IMG/VR virus record: IMGVR_UViG_3300020281_001713
Strand: one strand, 5' to 3'
DNA: 64,000 bases
Origin: a virus
Position 1 is the first letter of the stretch. Every line of letters starts with the position of its first letter. Of the stretch, positions 19,514 to 29,648 are shown in pieces. The notes under the pieces are model-generated. The model was not told the origin of the DNA, made no database searches, and was given only the letters and a program-made list of their open reading frames with translations. The position numbers were made by a program, and so were the translations under genes.

Positions 19514-20540
19514 CCCAGTCCAACAAAATCGACCAAAATCAATAAAACGCCAAAGTGTAAGATTCGGCGGTGCTCAAATTCCTGTCACACATGATTTAAA
19601 AAAGAATGTTGTAGAAATTAAAGAAGCAATTGATTGGGCCGCAGAAAATAAAGTAGATTATCTAGTCACACCAGAAGGATCACTTAGCGGTTACTACGAT
19701 AAATTTATGGACCAACCACATCAACTAGAGGAACTTCGTGCAGGAGAATGGGAAGTAACTCAGTATGCAGGAAGCAAACAACTAGGTTTATGCTTAGGAA
19801 CATTGTTTTTAGATTACGAACCATCTGGTCAATTAAAAAGAGATCAGATAAGATTTTACAATAAGTCTGGGCAAATAGAAGATGTGTATAACAAAATCCA
19901 ACTTATACTCAATGATGTAGTGGTTCCAGGAGAATTTAAAGAATATAACACAACCCATCCAGATAAAGAATGGCAAGGGCACCCTATAATAAATTTACCT
20001 GCTGGTCCGACGACAAAGGTGCAAGTCAGTGCATTGATATGTAATGACATGTATGGAGAAAATCCAAAAGGAGAAGGCATTGCAAGAAGAGCTTTGTATA
20101 TGTTAAGCACTTGTCCTAATCCGATAGAATTAATAATCCATCCTACTTATGGACTTAGAGGCACCGAGGTAATAGAAAATTTTCAATATGATGGTACTCG
20201 TGATGGTAAAGAAGTACCAGCAGAATTTGCAGATCATATACGCAAGACAATGGAAGATTGGCATGAAAGTACTTTAGTAATGTTGTCTTATCAATTAAAT
20301 CAAACATTTTTTATAGTAGATGCATGTTCTGATTTTTCTGGACAAATGTCAGACTTTAACACAAGTAGTCCTAGTGGAGTAGTTAGTAAAGGAGAATGGT
20401 TAGTCAAAGCCCCTAGGAAGGGCAAACAATATTTTTATCATGATTTCGAACTGCCTACAATAATAGATTACAGTATGACTACCAATAGAGATATTGTAGG
20501 ATTACTAGAAAAGAATAATCCAAAACCGATTGAGGAATAG
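19485..20540 (+). CDS. nitrilase-superfamily (carbon-nitrogen hydrolase) protein
   Basis: E-K-C triad: TPEGSLSGY, YNKIQL, LICND. Confidence 0.8.
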   Translation: MKMVANKNTDPVQQNRPKSIKRQSVRFGGAQIPVTHDLKKNVVEIKEAIDWAAENKVDYLVTPEGSLSGYYDKFMDQPHQLEELRAGEWEVTQYAGSKQLGLCLGTLFLDYEPSGQLKRDQIRFYNKSGQIEDVYNKIQLILNDVVVPGEFKEYNTTHPDKEWQGHPIINLPAGPTTKVQVSALICNDMYGENPKGEGIARRALYMLSTCPNPIELIIHPTYGLRGTEVIENFQYDGTRDGKEVPAEFADHIRKTMEDWHESTLVMLSYQLNQTFFIVDACSDFSGQMSDFNTSSPSGVVSKGEWLVKAPRKGKQYFYHDFELPTIIDYSMTTNRDIVGLLEKNNPKPIEE

Positions 20541-20542
20541 CT

Positions 20543-21256
20543 ATGTTTACTTTTGAACCACCACCAGAGTCAGAAATATGGGACAAATTAATATTGTGCC
20601 AAAACGACATTATTGAAATGTTTGATCACTATGCTGAAGAATTTGAAGAACCAGGATTAGATTATTTTAATAAACCAGATGGCAGTTGGATTAATAGAGT
20701 TTGGAAGAATAAACATATACGTAGAGCTCATATTGATGTAGTAGATGCTAGAGCTACAAAAGGATTATGGATGATGCATGTATGTTGTTTTCCTGATTTA
20801 AATAATGATGGTCCTATATATGGTTTTGATGTAATAGCTGGTAAAAATAAAATCACAGGAGCATTTCACGATTTTTCTCCTAGTGCCACTTTAGAACATG
20901 AACTAATTGATGAATATTATAGATCAGTAGAAAACTTTGTGCCTAAAAAACAAAGAGAATTACCTGAATGGGCAAAAAATATTTTTACTGATAAAATGTT
21001 GGCCGCAAGCAATGTGAAAGCAGATGAAGCAGATGATATAATCGCTATAGCAATTCGTAATCTAGCTATGTATTTCATGACTATTGGTGAGTCTGCAGGA
21101 CAAGGTAATGTAGATGAAGTAAAAGGCGCTCAAAACTACTATTGTGAAAACCAACAAATGAATCCACATACACCTAATGTAATGAAAAGTTTAGGCCTGC
21201 CTGAAGCCGATGTAGAAAAATTCTGCACAGATATGCTGTTTCCAAAAATCGTATAA
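20543..21256 (+). CDS. pcyX: ferredoxin-dependent bilin reductase, PcyX/PcyA type
   Basis: RRAHIDVVD, MMHVCCFP, PIYGFDVIAG, AFHDFSP, RELPEWA, QNYYCENQQMNPHT. Confidence 0.85.
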   Translation: MFTFEPPPESEIWDKLILCQNDIIEMFDHYAEEFEEPGLDYFNKPDGSWINRVWKNKHIRRAHIDVVDARATKGLWMMHVCCFPDLNNDGPIYGFDVIAGKNKITGAFHDFSPSATLEHELIDEYYRSVENFVPKKQRELPEWAKNIFTDKMLAASNVKADEADDIIAIAIRNLAMYFMTIGESAGQGNVDEVKGAQNYYCENQQMNPHTPNVMKSLGLPEADVEKFCTDMLFPKIV

Positions 21257-21263
21257 ATACTTT

Positions 21264-22430
21264 ATGCGTTACTCAGATTTCAAACAACCTTTATTTGAAG
21301 GGTATACAATAGGAGATATTGCGGAAACACTATGGGGAGCCGCAGTAACAGCCGCTTTTGAAAACTATCCTGCTCCTGCACAGCCTGCAGATGTAAACAG
21401 GATAATGGCCAGTCTTAAAAATCTAAGTTATACAAAAACAAGAGCAGACGGACTTAAAAGTGAAATGACTGATGAAGTAAGCTTTGTTAATCAAATCGCA
21501 ATGAAAGATCACGTAGCAGATATAAAAGCATGGCCGAACTCAGTATTTCCTACTAAAAGAATTGATATAGTAACAGGTAATGTTATTAAAGATGCTAATT
21601 TACAAGTTAAAACAGCAGGGCTAGATCTAAAGCAAATCTTTGCAAATGGTAAAGCAGACAAAATTGTTATTGGAGCTCAAGGCGGAGCAGACCAAAAAGG
21701 CACTAAAGTTGATGTAGCAATTACGCATAGTGTTCAAGGTGCTACAGAAACAATTCATTTAGGATATAGTCTTAAAACAAACGATAAAGATGCAAAGCTT
21801 ATGCCAGTAGGACAAAATCCTGGAGTCAAATCAGCAAGGGGTTCTGGTAGAAGTGTAGTTGAATTTTTTACTGATCTTGGCATCAAAGATATTAAAGAAC
21901 CATTATATGATGCGGCCGCAGAATTGAATAAGCAGATTAAAGACCAATTTGCATTAGGTAGAACTGACCAAGCAAAGATACTTCGAAAAGGCGGAGAAGT
22001 AAATCAAGACATGAACGATAACATGGCTAAAGCAGTTCAACAAATAAACGATAGAGTTAACAACGATGCAGAAGAAAGGAAGTTTTTCGAAGACTTAATT
22101 AATTTCCTTAATGTGCATATTAACAAAGGTGAAAAAGGTTTAAAACTTTTAACAATTGGTAAAGAAGAAGTATATACAAGTACTCTTGAAAAATTTGCCG
22201 AAATGGCTCCTCAACTAAAAATATCTGCAAAACATTTCCCACAAGGACAAAAGTTTTTCATTTATGCAGAAAATGATGAAACTGGTGAACAAGATGCAAT
22301 TCTTGAAGTAAGATTAAAAACTACCGGCGGAGTACCTAGTAGTAAAAATGCCGCAATCTATAGAAATTTAAGATATACACTTACAGTTTCAACTGGACCT
22401 GGTTACAACAAGTACGCCAAGATTTCCTAA
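21264..22430 (+). CDS. hypothetical late protein, possible PD-(D/E)xK nuclease fold
   Basis: TATAAATA just upstream; KVDVAI...GYSLKT. Confidence 0.5.
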   Translation: MRYSDFKQPLFEGYTIGDIAETLWGAAVTAAFENYPAPAQPADVNRIMASLKNLSYTKTRADGLKSEMTDEVSFVNQIAMKDHVADIKAWPNSVFPTKRIDIVTGNVIKDANLQVKTAGLDLKQIFANGKADKIVIGAQGGADQKGTKVDVAITHSVQGATETIHLGYSLKTNDKDAKLMPVGQNPGVKSARGSGRSVVEFFTDLGIKDIKEPLYDAAAELNKQIKDQFALGRTDQAKILRKGGEVNQDMNDNMAKAVQQINDRVNNDAEERKFFEDLINFLNVHINKGEKGLKLLTIGKEEVYTSTLEKFAEMAPQLKISAKHFPQGQKFFIYAENDETGEQDAILEVRLKTTGGVPSSKNAAIYRNLRYTLTVSTGPGYNKYAKIS

Positions 22431-22453
22431 CACCATTTAAGACCCCTTAAACA

Positions 22454-22471
22454 CCGTCAAAATTTTGACGG
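22454..22471. repeat. perfect 18-bp palindrome CCGTCAAAATTTTGACGG
   Basis: Self-complementary, intergenic. Confidence 0.85.
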
Positions 22472-22596
22472 ATAACTTTTACAAATTTCTTACACCTAAG
22501 TTGTGCAAAAAAATGCTTACTCCCAGCGATTTTTTTATTTTTAGAAATAAATACATTTGAGCAAAGCGTGAGGGCTTTGACATAGGATTGAAATAG

Positions 22597-23754
22597 ATGA
22601 ATAAGTTTAAATTGAGGGTAGCGATCGTTGTGTTCGCATTAGGTTTCCTTGCTTTCGAAAGTGTCGCACAAGTTGAGAATGATGCTGATGGATTATATGA
22701 TAGCACAAGCCTAGTTGATACAAATACTAACACCACATCTAACAGTACGGTGAACAGTACCAATACAAATAATAACAATACTACTATTAATAGTACTAAT
22801 GCAAATACCAACACTAATACAAACACCAATACCAACACGAATACTAGTACCAGTACGAGTACTAATACCAACAATAACACTAACACAAATACAAATAATA
22901 GTACAATTAATAGTACCAATGTAAACACAAACAACAATGTTTTGAGCGGAGGCACAAACAATACTAATGTGAATACAAATACTAATAATACTACTATCAA
23001 TAGCACAACGAACAGTACAAGTACAAATACTAATAACAATAATAATGTTAATACAAGTACTTCTAACAATACAAATACAAATAACAGTACAATTAACAGT
23101 ACTTCTAATAATACGAATACTAATACTAACACTAACAACAGTACTGTAAATCAAACAGTTAATCAAACTACAAACAGCACAGTAGATCAAACTGTTAACA
23201 GTACAAGCAATAATACAAACACTAATAATAATACGAACACAAATACTAACACCAATACGAATACTAATAATACACAAGTTAATAGTACAAGTACCAATAC
23301 CAATAACAACAACAATGTGAGCAGAATTGAGCAAAAAATTGAGAGCCCTCCGCCAACTGCTATTGCTCCAACTGTTAATGCAGGAGGAATTGATACTTGT
23401 ACAACTAGTGTCAGCGGAGCAGTACAAACACAGATATTAGGTATATCAGGTGGTACACACATACGAGACCTAAACTGTGAACGATTAAAGAATTCGAAAA
23501 CCCTTTACAATATGGGTATGAAAGTGGCGGCAGTCGCTCTGATGTGTCAAGATCCAGGAGTCTTTGAAGCTATGAAGATGGCCGGAACTCCATGTCCATT
23601 TAATGGTAAAATAGGCGTAGAAGCACAGGCAGAATGGGACGCAAATCCTAAGATGCAACCTGTGGCTAAAGAAGTGGAGACAAGACGCAATGATAAAATC
23701 GACGGAGCTCTTATGGGCATCGGCGGTGTTGGCCTGCTACTACTTCTTCTCTAG
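22597..23754 (+). CDS. secreted Asn/Thr-repeat protein with Cys-containing C-terminal domain and TM anchor
   Basis: Signal peptide, about 200 aa of (NT)n/NSTIN repeats, 4-Cys domain, hydrophobic C-terminus. Confidence 0.75.
   Translation: MNKFKLRVAIVVFALGFLAFESVAQVENDADGLYDSTSLVDTNTNTTSNSTVNSTNTNNNNTTINSTNANTNTNTNTNTNTNTSTSTSTNTNNNTNTNTNNSTINSTNVNTNNNVLSGGTNNTNVNTNTNNTTINSTTNSTSTNTNNNNNVNTSTSNNTNTNNSTINSTSNNTNTNTNTNNSTVNQTVNQTTNSTVDQTVNSTSNNTNTNNNTNTNTNTNTNTNNTQVNSTSTNTNNNNNVSRIEQKIESPPPTAIAPTVNAGGIDTCTTSVSGAVQTQILGISGGTHIRDLNCERLKNSKTLYNMGMKVAAVALMCQDPGVFEAMKMAGTPCPFNGKIGVEAQAEWDANPKMQPVAKEVETRRNDKIDGALMGIGGVGLLLLLL
22716..23320 (+). repeat. Asn/Thr/Ser low-complexity coding repeat
   Basis: AAY/ACN codon repeats with synonymous variation. 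Confidence 0.85.
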
Positions 23755-26251
23755 TACAGCATACGCACAAACGGTAAACCCTAATAACTGTCCTAACACG
23801 TACACAGGTTCATCAACAGCCTATGACAGCTATAATGCAACAGACTATTCTAATACAGTTATATGTAATAGTATACAATTAAAAAATCTAGTTGATAGTA
23901 CTATACTTAATTTTGAATTACCAACTGATGGACAAGGCTTACCTCAAAGTTTGTATGATCCTAGCACAGACACGCTTTCTTTTTCACAACAGGCAGGACT
24001 ATTAGTAACAGCTAAAGCTTCTTTTGCTATCAATGCCGCATTACAAGCCGCAGGTATTGGTTTAGAATTTAGAGGATTTAAATATGAATGGGAAGTATAC
24101 AAGCCAACAGCTAGCAGTGAATTAAAAATTACTGTGAGGATTAAATCAAATGGCTCCGGTGGATTAGTAGGTAATGGGTTAATTTATCAAGCAACACACA
24201 ATTATACAGGAACAGCGTTTACATCTTGGACCTTACGTGACGATACAGGATTTGGTAAGCCACCGTTTGCATTTGTAATACAAGATGAATGGACTGTAGA
24301 GGGTGAGGTAAAAAATGATGATCCACAGAATAAGATACGTAATATGAAATATACATTTTCTTATGCACCTAAAATAGGTCATGAAGATGACTTCGATCCT
24401 AATTATGTATATCCCGGACAGCAACAAGACACAACTACAACTAAAACAGACTTCGAAGAACAATGTGAAATAGATCCCCAGTTTAGTCCAGGTTGTGCAG
24501 ATTACGTAGATCCTAACATAGATGATGGCATAAATGACGGTGGTAATTCACATACAGGATTAGGACATAATGATGATTTACAAGAAGAACTAGCTAACGC
24601 AGGTATTGATAATTTAATTAGCGATACTGCACTACAAACTGGTACTAATGCAGATGGTTCACTTAGCTCGGCTATAATAGATACCGGTGCAGACATACAA
24701 GATGGTACAGGTGGGCATCACGATGGGCATCACGATGGTAGTTTACCAGAAATGCCTGAAGATACTATTGCTGTCATTATGATTGTTGATAATACCGGAG
24801 AACCTTTACAAGAAGATCAGCTATTAGAATTAGATGAAATACTTAATGAAACACTAATGGATTTACCTGGAGGTCCAGATTTAAATATGGATGTCGTGCA
24901 AGATGCTCTAAATGATGCTTTGGATGAAATAGGCGGAACTATAGAAGTAATAGAGTTACCCGAAGCCGAAATACAAGCTATTGATGAACAATTACAAGAA
25001 CTATCAGGAGGTCCGCCAATTACTGGTAATCCCCAAGGACCTGGAAATGGACAAAATATCGAACCTAATATGGGCGGGCCAAATTTAGATGCATTGCCTA
25101 TAGAAGGTGACATAAGCACCGAAATATCAGAAAGTGGAGAAGTTGCATTAGAAGTAGACGGCACTCTAAGTAACTTGCCTGAAGAACCAGGAGGGCCTGA
25201 TCGAGAAGAAATAATTGATGTAGAGCCAGTTGAGTCAGTAGTTGAAAGTGCAGTAGAAGAAGTTGCTGTAGTATCTGAAACTGGTACAATATCAGAAACT
25301 GCCCCTGTAGCCAAACCAACTTTAAGTGTTATACAAAAGAAAGCACTTAGTATAGCATCAGCAACAACAGTTGCCGCTATAGAAGTAGCAGGGCAACAAG
25401 CATACGCAAGCACTACAAGCGGTATAGCACAGTCACAAAGTGGATCTAGTTTAGACGCTCAAGGAAGTAACAGTGGAAGCACAGGCAGTAATTTAGATGG
25501 ATCTCCATCTAGCGGCAGTGATAGCGGAATGAGCTTTGGTAGTACAGGCAGTTCAAGCGGAATGGACACAGGTTCATCGACTACAGCAAACAACAACACA
25601 GGTAATTTTAACATAGAGCAAAATAATAACACAGGCCCACAAACAGTTCTAGGACAAGGTACATCCTCTACAGGAGATGTAGAAATTTCATCTATTATAG
25701 CAGATTCAAGTATTAGTTCGCTTAATCAAAGTGGACCCAGCGGTGTATTTGAATCAGAAGAAAATTTAACTGGGCAGATTGATACTGGAGAAGGACTTGC
25801 CAAAGGAGGAGCAATCACATACGAAGAAACCAATGAGACTATGTTTGGCACTATTGTTATTCCACAGTTAGACTTTACAGTACGTGAAATGATTGATGCC
25901 GTAATTAGACAAACACTTGTTGACGCAGGAGCAGAACCAGAATTTTTAACACTAGACGAAGTATCTGAACAAGAACTTAAAGAACAACAAGCCTTAGAAG
26001 ACAGGCTTGTACAAGAAGCTATAGCAGGAAGCACAAGCGAAGATGCTAATGCGGCTTTGTTGGGATATAACCCAACATTTAGAGACTATGTAACCCCTCA
26101 AGTATATGGTGCTGGGACACAAGCATTTTATGCACCAGAAGAAATATATACGGGTAACAGAAATTATGATAACCCTAATCAACGTTTCTTCAATGGAGCA
26201 AGTGATGCACTACATAGAAAAATGATTAGATTACAATATGGAGAAAACTAA
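23690..26251 (+). CDS. large secreted acidic protein
   Basis: Signal peptide ending AYA, beta-rich domain, CEIDPQFSPGC, acidic and Ser/Gly-rich linkers. Confidence 0.65.
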   Translation: MIKSTELLWASAVLACYYFFSSTAYAQTVNPNNCPNTYTGSSTAYDSYNATDYSNTVICNSIQLKNLVDSTILNFELPTDGQGLPQSLYDPSTDTLSFSQQAGLLVTAKASFAINAALQAAGIGLEFRGFKYEWEVYKPTASSELKITVRIKSNGSGGLVGNGLIYQATHNYTGTAFTSWTLRDDTGFGKPPFAFVIQDEWTVEGEVKNDDPQNKIRNMKYTFSYAPKIGHEDDFDPNYVYPGQQQDTTTTKTDFEEQCEIDPQFSPGCADYVDPNIDDGINDGGNSHTGLGHNDDLQEELANAGIDNLISDTALQTGTNADGSLSSAIIDTGADIQDGTGGHHDGHHDGSLPEMPEDTIAVIMIVDNTGEPLQEDQLLELDEILNETLMDLPGGPDLNMDVVQDALNDALDEIGGTIEVIELPEAEIQAIDEQLQELSGGPPITGNPQGPGNGQNIEPNMGGPNLDALPIEGDISTEISESGEVALEVDGTLSNLPEEPGGPDREEIIDVEPVESVVESAVEEVAVVSETGTISETAPVAKPTLSVIQKKALSIASATTVAAIEVAGQQAYASTTSGIAQSQSGSSLDAQGSNSGSTGSNLDGSPSSGSDSGMSFGSTGSSSGMDTGSSTTANNNTGNFNIEQNNNTGPQTVLGQGTSSTGDVEISSIIADSSISSLNQSGPSGVFESEENLTGQIDTGEGLAKGGAITYEETNETMFGTIVIPQLDFTVREMIDAVIRQTLVDAGAEPEFLTLDEVSEQELKEQQALEDRLVQEAIAGSTSEDANAALLGYNPTFRDYVTPQVYGAGTQAFYAPEEIYTGNRNYDNPNQRFFNGASDALHRKMIRLQYGEN

Positions 26252-26742
26252 TGGCTGAACTAGAATTTGGCGGAATGAAATTTCGCGGAGGTAGACTAGT
26301 AACAATATTAACTGCACTTTCAATGTTAGGAGGAGCGGCATGGGGATCATTTGAATTTTATAATGATTATCGAATGATGAAAAAGAAAATTAATTCATAT
26401 GTGGCACCCGACCTTTCATCTATCAATGAACGTTTATCTGTAATGGAAGAACAAGTAGTAAACGCTGTGGACAATACTCGGACAGTCAAAATTGACTTGA
26501 AAAGAGATATACAAACTATAGAAACACAGGTTGACAGAGTTGAAAAAATTGTTAAAGATACGCAGGATAATATAGACGAAACTCTACGTGAAGTAGAAAT
26601 AGTGAGTAGAGAATCTGAAAAAGATACTAGAGATAGAATGCGTGAAACCGAAGATAGAATAGATGCTGAAATGTTAAAATTAGAGAAAAAGATTTCAGAA
26701 CAAATTCAGGAGGCTTTAGACAACCCACTTGCACAACAATAA
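26251..26742 (+). CDS. membrane-anchored coiled-coil protein
   Basis: N-terminal TM then heptads; C-terminal ALDNPLA. Confidence 0.7.
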   Translation: MAELEFGGMKFRGGRLVTILTALSMLGGAAWGSFEFYNDYRMMKKKINSYVAPDLSSINERLSVMEEQVVNAVDNTRTVKIDLKRDIQTIETQVDRVEKIVKDTQDNIDETLREVEIVSRESEKDTRDRMRETEDRIDAEMLKLEKKISEQIQEALDNPLAQQ

Positions 26743-26753
26743 ATATTTGTGTA

Positions 26754-26963
26754 ATGATATATCGGTGTGAAGCACAACAAGCTATATTAGAGCTAAGGGA
26801 TAAAGGTGGTTCTTCTGCTTTATATAAGCGAGGACAACTAATGTTTGTTGGTTCAAGTTCAGTTGCAATGAAATGGTTTGTAGATTTGTGTGGTAAAGAT
26901 CTAGATATGAAAACGCTTAAGGCTTTGAGAAAACGTTTAGATGTGCGTAAAGCTAACTCGTAG
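26754..26963 (+). CDS. hypothetical protein
   Basis: ORF after a TAAATA box. Confidence 0.45.
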   Translation: MIYRCEAQQAILELRDKGGSSALYKRGQLMFVGSSSVAMKWFVDLCGKDLDMKTLKALRKRLDVRKANS

Positions 26964-27141
26964 TCATATGAAATAGTGCTGGACCAAAACTACTAGCCGC
27001 CCATCCAAGTGCAATAATAGTAATTAGACCATAGATAAGCCATTTTACTTTAAAATCATCTACTACCATTTTTAGTGCAACAAGTTCGTTGCCTAGCACT
27101 CTAACAGCTACTTCTAGTTTTCCTGTATTATCTTCTGCCAT
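26953..27141 (-). CDS. small membrane protein
   Basis: Adjacent to the upstream minus-strand gene; one TM. Confidence 0.6.
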   Translation of the reverse strand: MAEDNTGKLEVAVRVLGNELVALKMVVDDFKVKWLIYGLITIIALGWAASSFGPALFHMTTS

Positions 27142-27624
27142 TTACCATTTTCCTCTATCCATCCCAACAAGGTATACCATACCGATCAAAAGACCAGCTA
27201 TAGCGGCTAATCCTATTATGACCATTATAATCTCAAAAACTTTGCGTCTACGTTCTTGTTGATCGTAAATTGCTTGTTGGCGTTTTTTACGTATGTCAGC
27301 TTCTGTTTTCAAAAGTTCTTCCCAAGCACTAGGTCCGCGAGTCATACTTATAATTGTTTTAAGCTCTGCTCGCATATCTTCTGCTTTTTTCCTTGCCATG
27401 AAAGTTGCCATGGCCTCTTCTTCTACAGAACCTGCTTGAAATAATTTTTTAAATAGCGGCGGTTTCTTAGCGTATTCTTCTGCTTTCTTAATGTCACTTA
27501 CGGCACCCATCCAACGGCCAAGGTCACCCGCCATAGATTCTACTTCTCTACCAACTGCAAACCCTTGTTTGATTGTGTTAAATGCCGCTGTAGCGGTTGC
27601 CACTGCGGTGATTGGATCTATCAA
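27142..27624 (-). CDS. membrane-anchored hypothetical phage protein
   Basis: MIDPITAVATATAAF start, coiled coil, C-terminal TM; TAAATA upstream on the minus strand. Confidence 0.7.
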   Translation of the reverse strand: MIDPITAVATATAAFNTIKQGFAVGREVESMAGDLGRWMGAVSDIKKAEEYAKKPPLFKKLFQAGSVEEEAMATFMARKKAEDMRAELKTIISMTRGPSAWEELLKTEADIRKKRQQAIYDQQERRRKVFEIIMVIIGLAAIAGLLIGMVYLVGMDRGKW

Positions 27625-27764
27625 TATACCCTACTTTCTGTAACGAATAATAGTTACCCCTCAATAGTATTTAGCCTTTTATTAAAATGCAATGTATATT
27701 CATTATCTATAAATAGTGAGTAAGAAGAAAACTTTTTACTAATCACCAATAAAAGGAGGGAACA

Positions 27765-28163
27765 ATGTACGTAACTGAAGCGATGATTAATAGCATGGAA
27801 GAAATGCAACGTAATGCTGGAGATATGGAAAAGCATATTAAAGCTATGATGGAAACTGAAGCTAGAATGCACGGCTTAGAACTAGACAGTAGAAACAACG
27901 CTAGAGATATGTGGGGACAATTATCTGCACATATGGCTAACATGCCAGCAGACGAACCAGTAATGGACGAAGATGAAGAAGCTTTAGATGATGAAGCACA
28001 TTGGGAGCAACCAGAAATGACTCCAATGGAAGAAGCACCTATTGAAGTTGAACATACTCATGCAGATGGCACTACTCATGCACACGAAGGTGGAGATGTT
28101 GAACATACCCATGATGAACCTGTAATTGAGCAACCATCAGATGGTACAACACCACATGGTTAA
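27765..28163 (+). CDS. Met-rich and His-rich acidic protein, putative metal binder
   Basis: AGGAGG RBS; EHTHADGTTHAHEGGDVEHTH. Confidence 0.7.
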   Translation: MYVTEAMINSMEEMQRNAGDMEKHIKAMMETEARMHGLELDSRNNARDMWGQLSAHMANMPADEPVMDEDEEALDDEAHWEQPEMTPMEEAPIEVEHTHADGTTHAHEGGDVEHTHDEPVIEQPSDGTTPHG

Positions 28164-28248
28164 ATAACGGTAGACAAAACGTAATAACTATGTTATATTA
28201 TTAGTGGGGCTATAGAAATATAGGCCCACTATTTCTCTAAGAGGCATA

Positions 28249-28860
28249 ATGAACTTTAAATTACCGAAAAGAAAACATACACATGTAGTTGTTATACACG
28301 GAGCAAATGCTAGTCCAAAAAGTTTCAACTACATATTAGAAAATACCAACCTAACTAATGTAACAAAAGTTAGGTATTTTAGTGGCGATGGTTTCTATAA
28401 TAATTTAGAGAAACTTAAAATACAATTACAAGGTATAGAAAAATGTTTTGTAATTGCTCATAGCCTTGGCGGTATCTATACCTTGCATTTATTGCAACAC
28501 ATCAATATAATTGGAGTTGTTAGTATAGCTACACCATTTGGAGGAAGTATGACTGCTGACTGGGTGAAATATTTAATCCCAAGAAGATTGTATTCAGAAA
28601 TAGGGGTATCTAGTTCTCCTATTACAAACGGACATAAGATTGCAATTAATATACCTTGGACACAGATAGTGACTACTGAAGGTGCTATTCCTGTACATTT
28701 TTCAAAAAATGATGGAGTAGTTACATACAAAAGTATGACACATAGGAAAGACATGCAATTTTTTGAAATACCTTATAATCATTATGAGATTATGAATTCT
28801 CCTGAAGTTGTGCATACAATTAATAAGAAACTAAAGTCTAACTTTATTTACTTTGGTTAA
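28249..28860 (+). CDS. alpha/beta hydrolase
   Basis: IHGA oxyanion motif, AHSLGG nucleophile, NDGVV, NHYEI. Confidence 0.85.
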   Translation: MNFKLPKRKHTHVVVIHGANASPKSFNYILENTNLTNVTKVRYFSGDGFYNNLEKLKIQLQGIEKCFVIAHSLGGIYTLHLLQHINIIGVVSIATPFGGSMTADWVKYLIPRRLYSEIGVSSSPITNGHKIAINIPWTQIVTTEGAIPVHFSKNDGVVTYKSMTHRKDMQFFEIPYNHYEIMNSPEVVHTINKKLKSNFIYFG

Positions 28861-28900
28861 ACGACGGGTGGCTCCTTAATCAGCCCGGTGGGGATCACGG

Positions 28901-29320
28901 TTAATCCCCAATTATATAAATTTCGGGACTTTCAGGATTACTTACTGTTATTTCAATAAAGTTTGAAAGAAAATTAAAATGCTTAGATAAAGTGCCGAAA
29001 AGTTCTCCATTCATATAGTCGGCCGCTACACTATAACTACCTATACCTATATCTTGATAATAACTTTTTTTAATACCATGTCTCTTACCATATTCAGGAA
29101 ATACTCCTGTTACAAATAAACAAGTATCTCCTAATTCTTTAGGTGTCTTATTATTCATGTAGCTTTCTGCAAAAGTTCCTTTAGGTAAAAAATCTGGTTG
29201 ATCTACTTTAGAAGCAAGTAGCATAACAATATATGCTTCTATGTGATGTGGAAGTGTATAGCCTGTGCTATCTTGAGTTTGTTTAACAACGCCATAAAAA
29301 GCGTCTGTGTAATGATCCAT
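28901..29320 (-). CDS. hypothetical protein
   Basis: KELGDTCLFVTGVFP...SYY; TAAATA upstream on the minus strand. Confidence 0.65.
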   Translation of the reverse strand: MDHYTDAFYGVVKQTQDSTGYTLPHHIEAYIVMLLASKVDQPDFLPKGTFAESYMNNKTPKELGDTCLFVTGVFPEYGKRHGIKKSYYQDIGIGSYSVAADYMNGELFGTLSKHFNFLSNFIEITVSNPESPEIYIIGD

Positions 29321-29408
29321 TAGTCAAAGCCTTTTCCAGTTGTAATATTATTTATTCGGTTGTACGATCTCAAAATTTGTGTTAAAATAAATATAATAGG
29401 AGAAAATA

Positions 29409-29603
29409 ATGACTATTGAATCACTTTATAAAAAAGAAGAAATCTTTACCAATGTTGATAAAGAAAAAGGCACAGTCGATATGACTATTCCGGAAGAAGT
29501 TAAATCCAGAATGGGCTGGAAAGAAGGTGACGTCCTTGCATTTAAGGTTTTGGACGATGGAAGCATAGAAGTTACCAAAAAAGACCTTGACTCAGCATCA
29601 TAA
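29409..29603 (+). CDS. AbrB/MazE-like DNA-binding protein
   Basis: MTIPEEVKSRMGWKEGDVL. Confidence 0.7.
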   Translation: MTIESLYKKEEIFTNVDKEKGTVDMTIPEEVKSRMGWKEGDVLAFKVLDDGSIEVTKKDLDSAS

Positions 29604-29648
29604 TGATGCTATAATATATTACAGTTAGACAGCTAGGATATTGTGGAT

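Noticed and set aside
22479-23462. Long Val/Leu- and Ile/Cys-rich antisense ORFs
   Set aside because: Mirror of the AAY/ACN repeat on the sense strand, which lacks antisense stops.
28861-28910. GC-rich structured patch between convergent genes
   Set aside because: Considered as a hammerhead, twister or SAM-II RNA, but the core motifs do not match; probably terminator-like hairpins. An Rfam scan would settle it.
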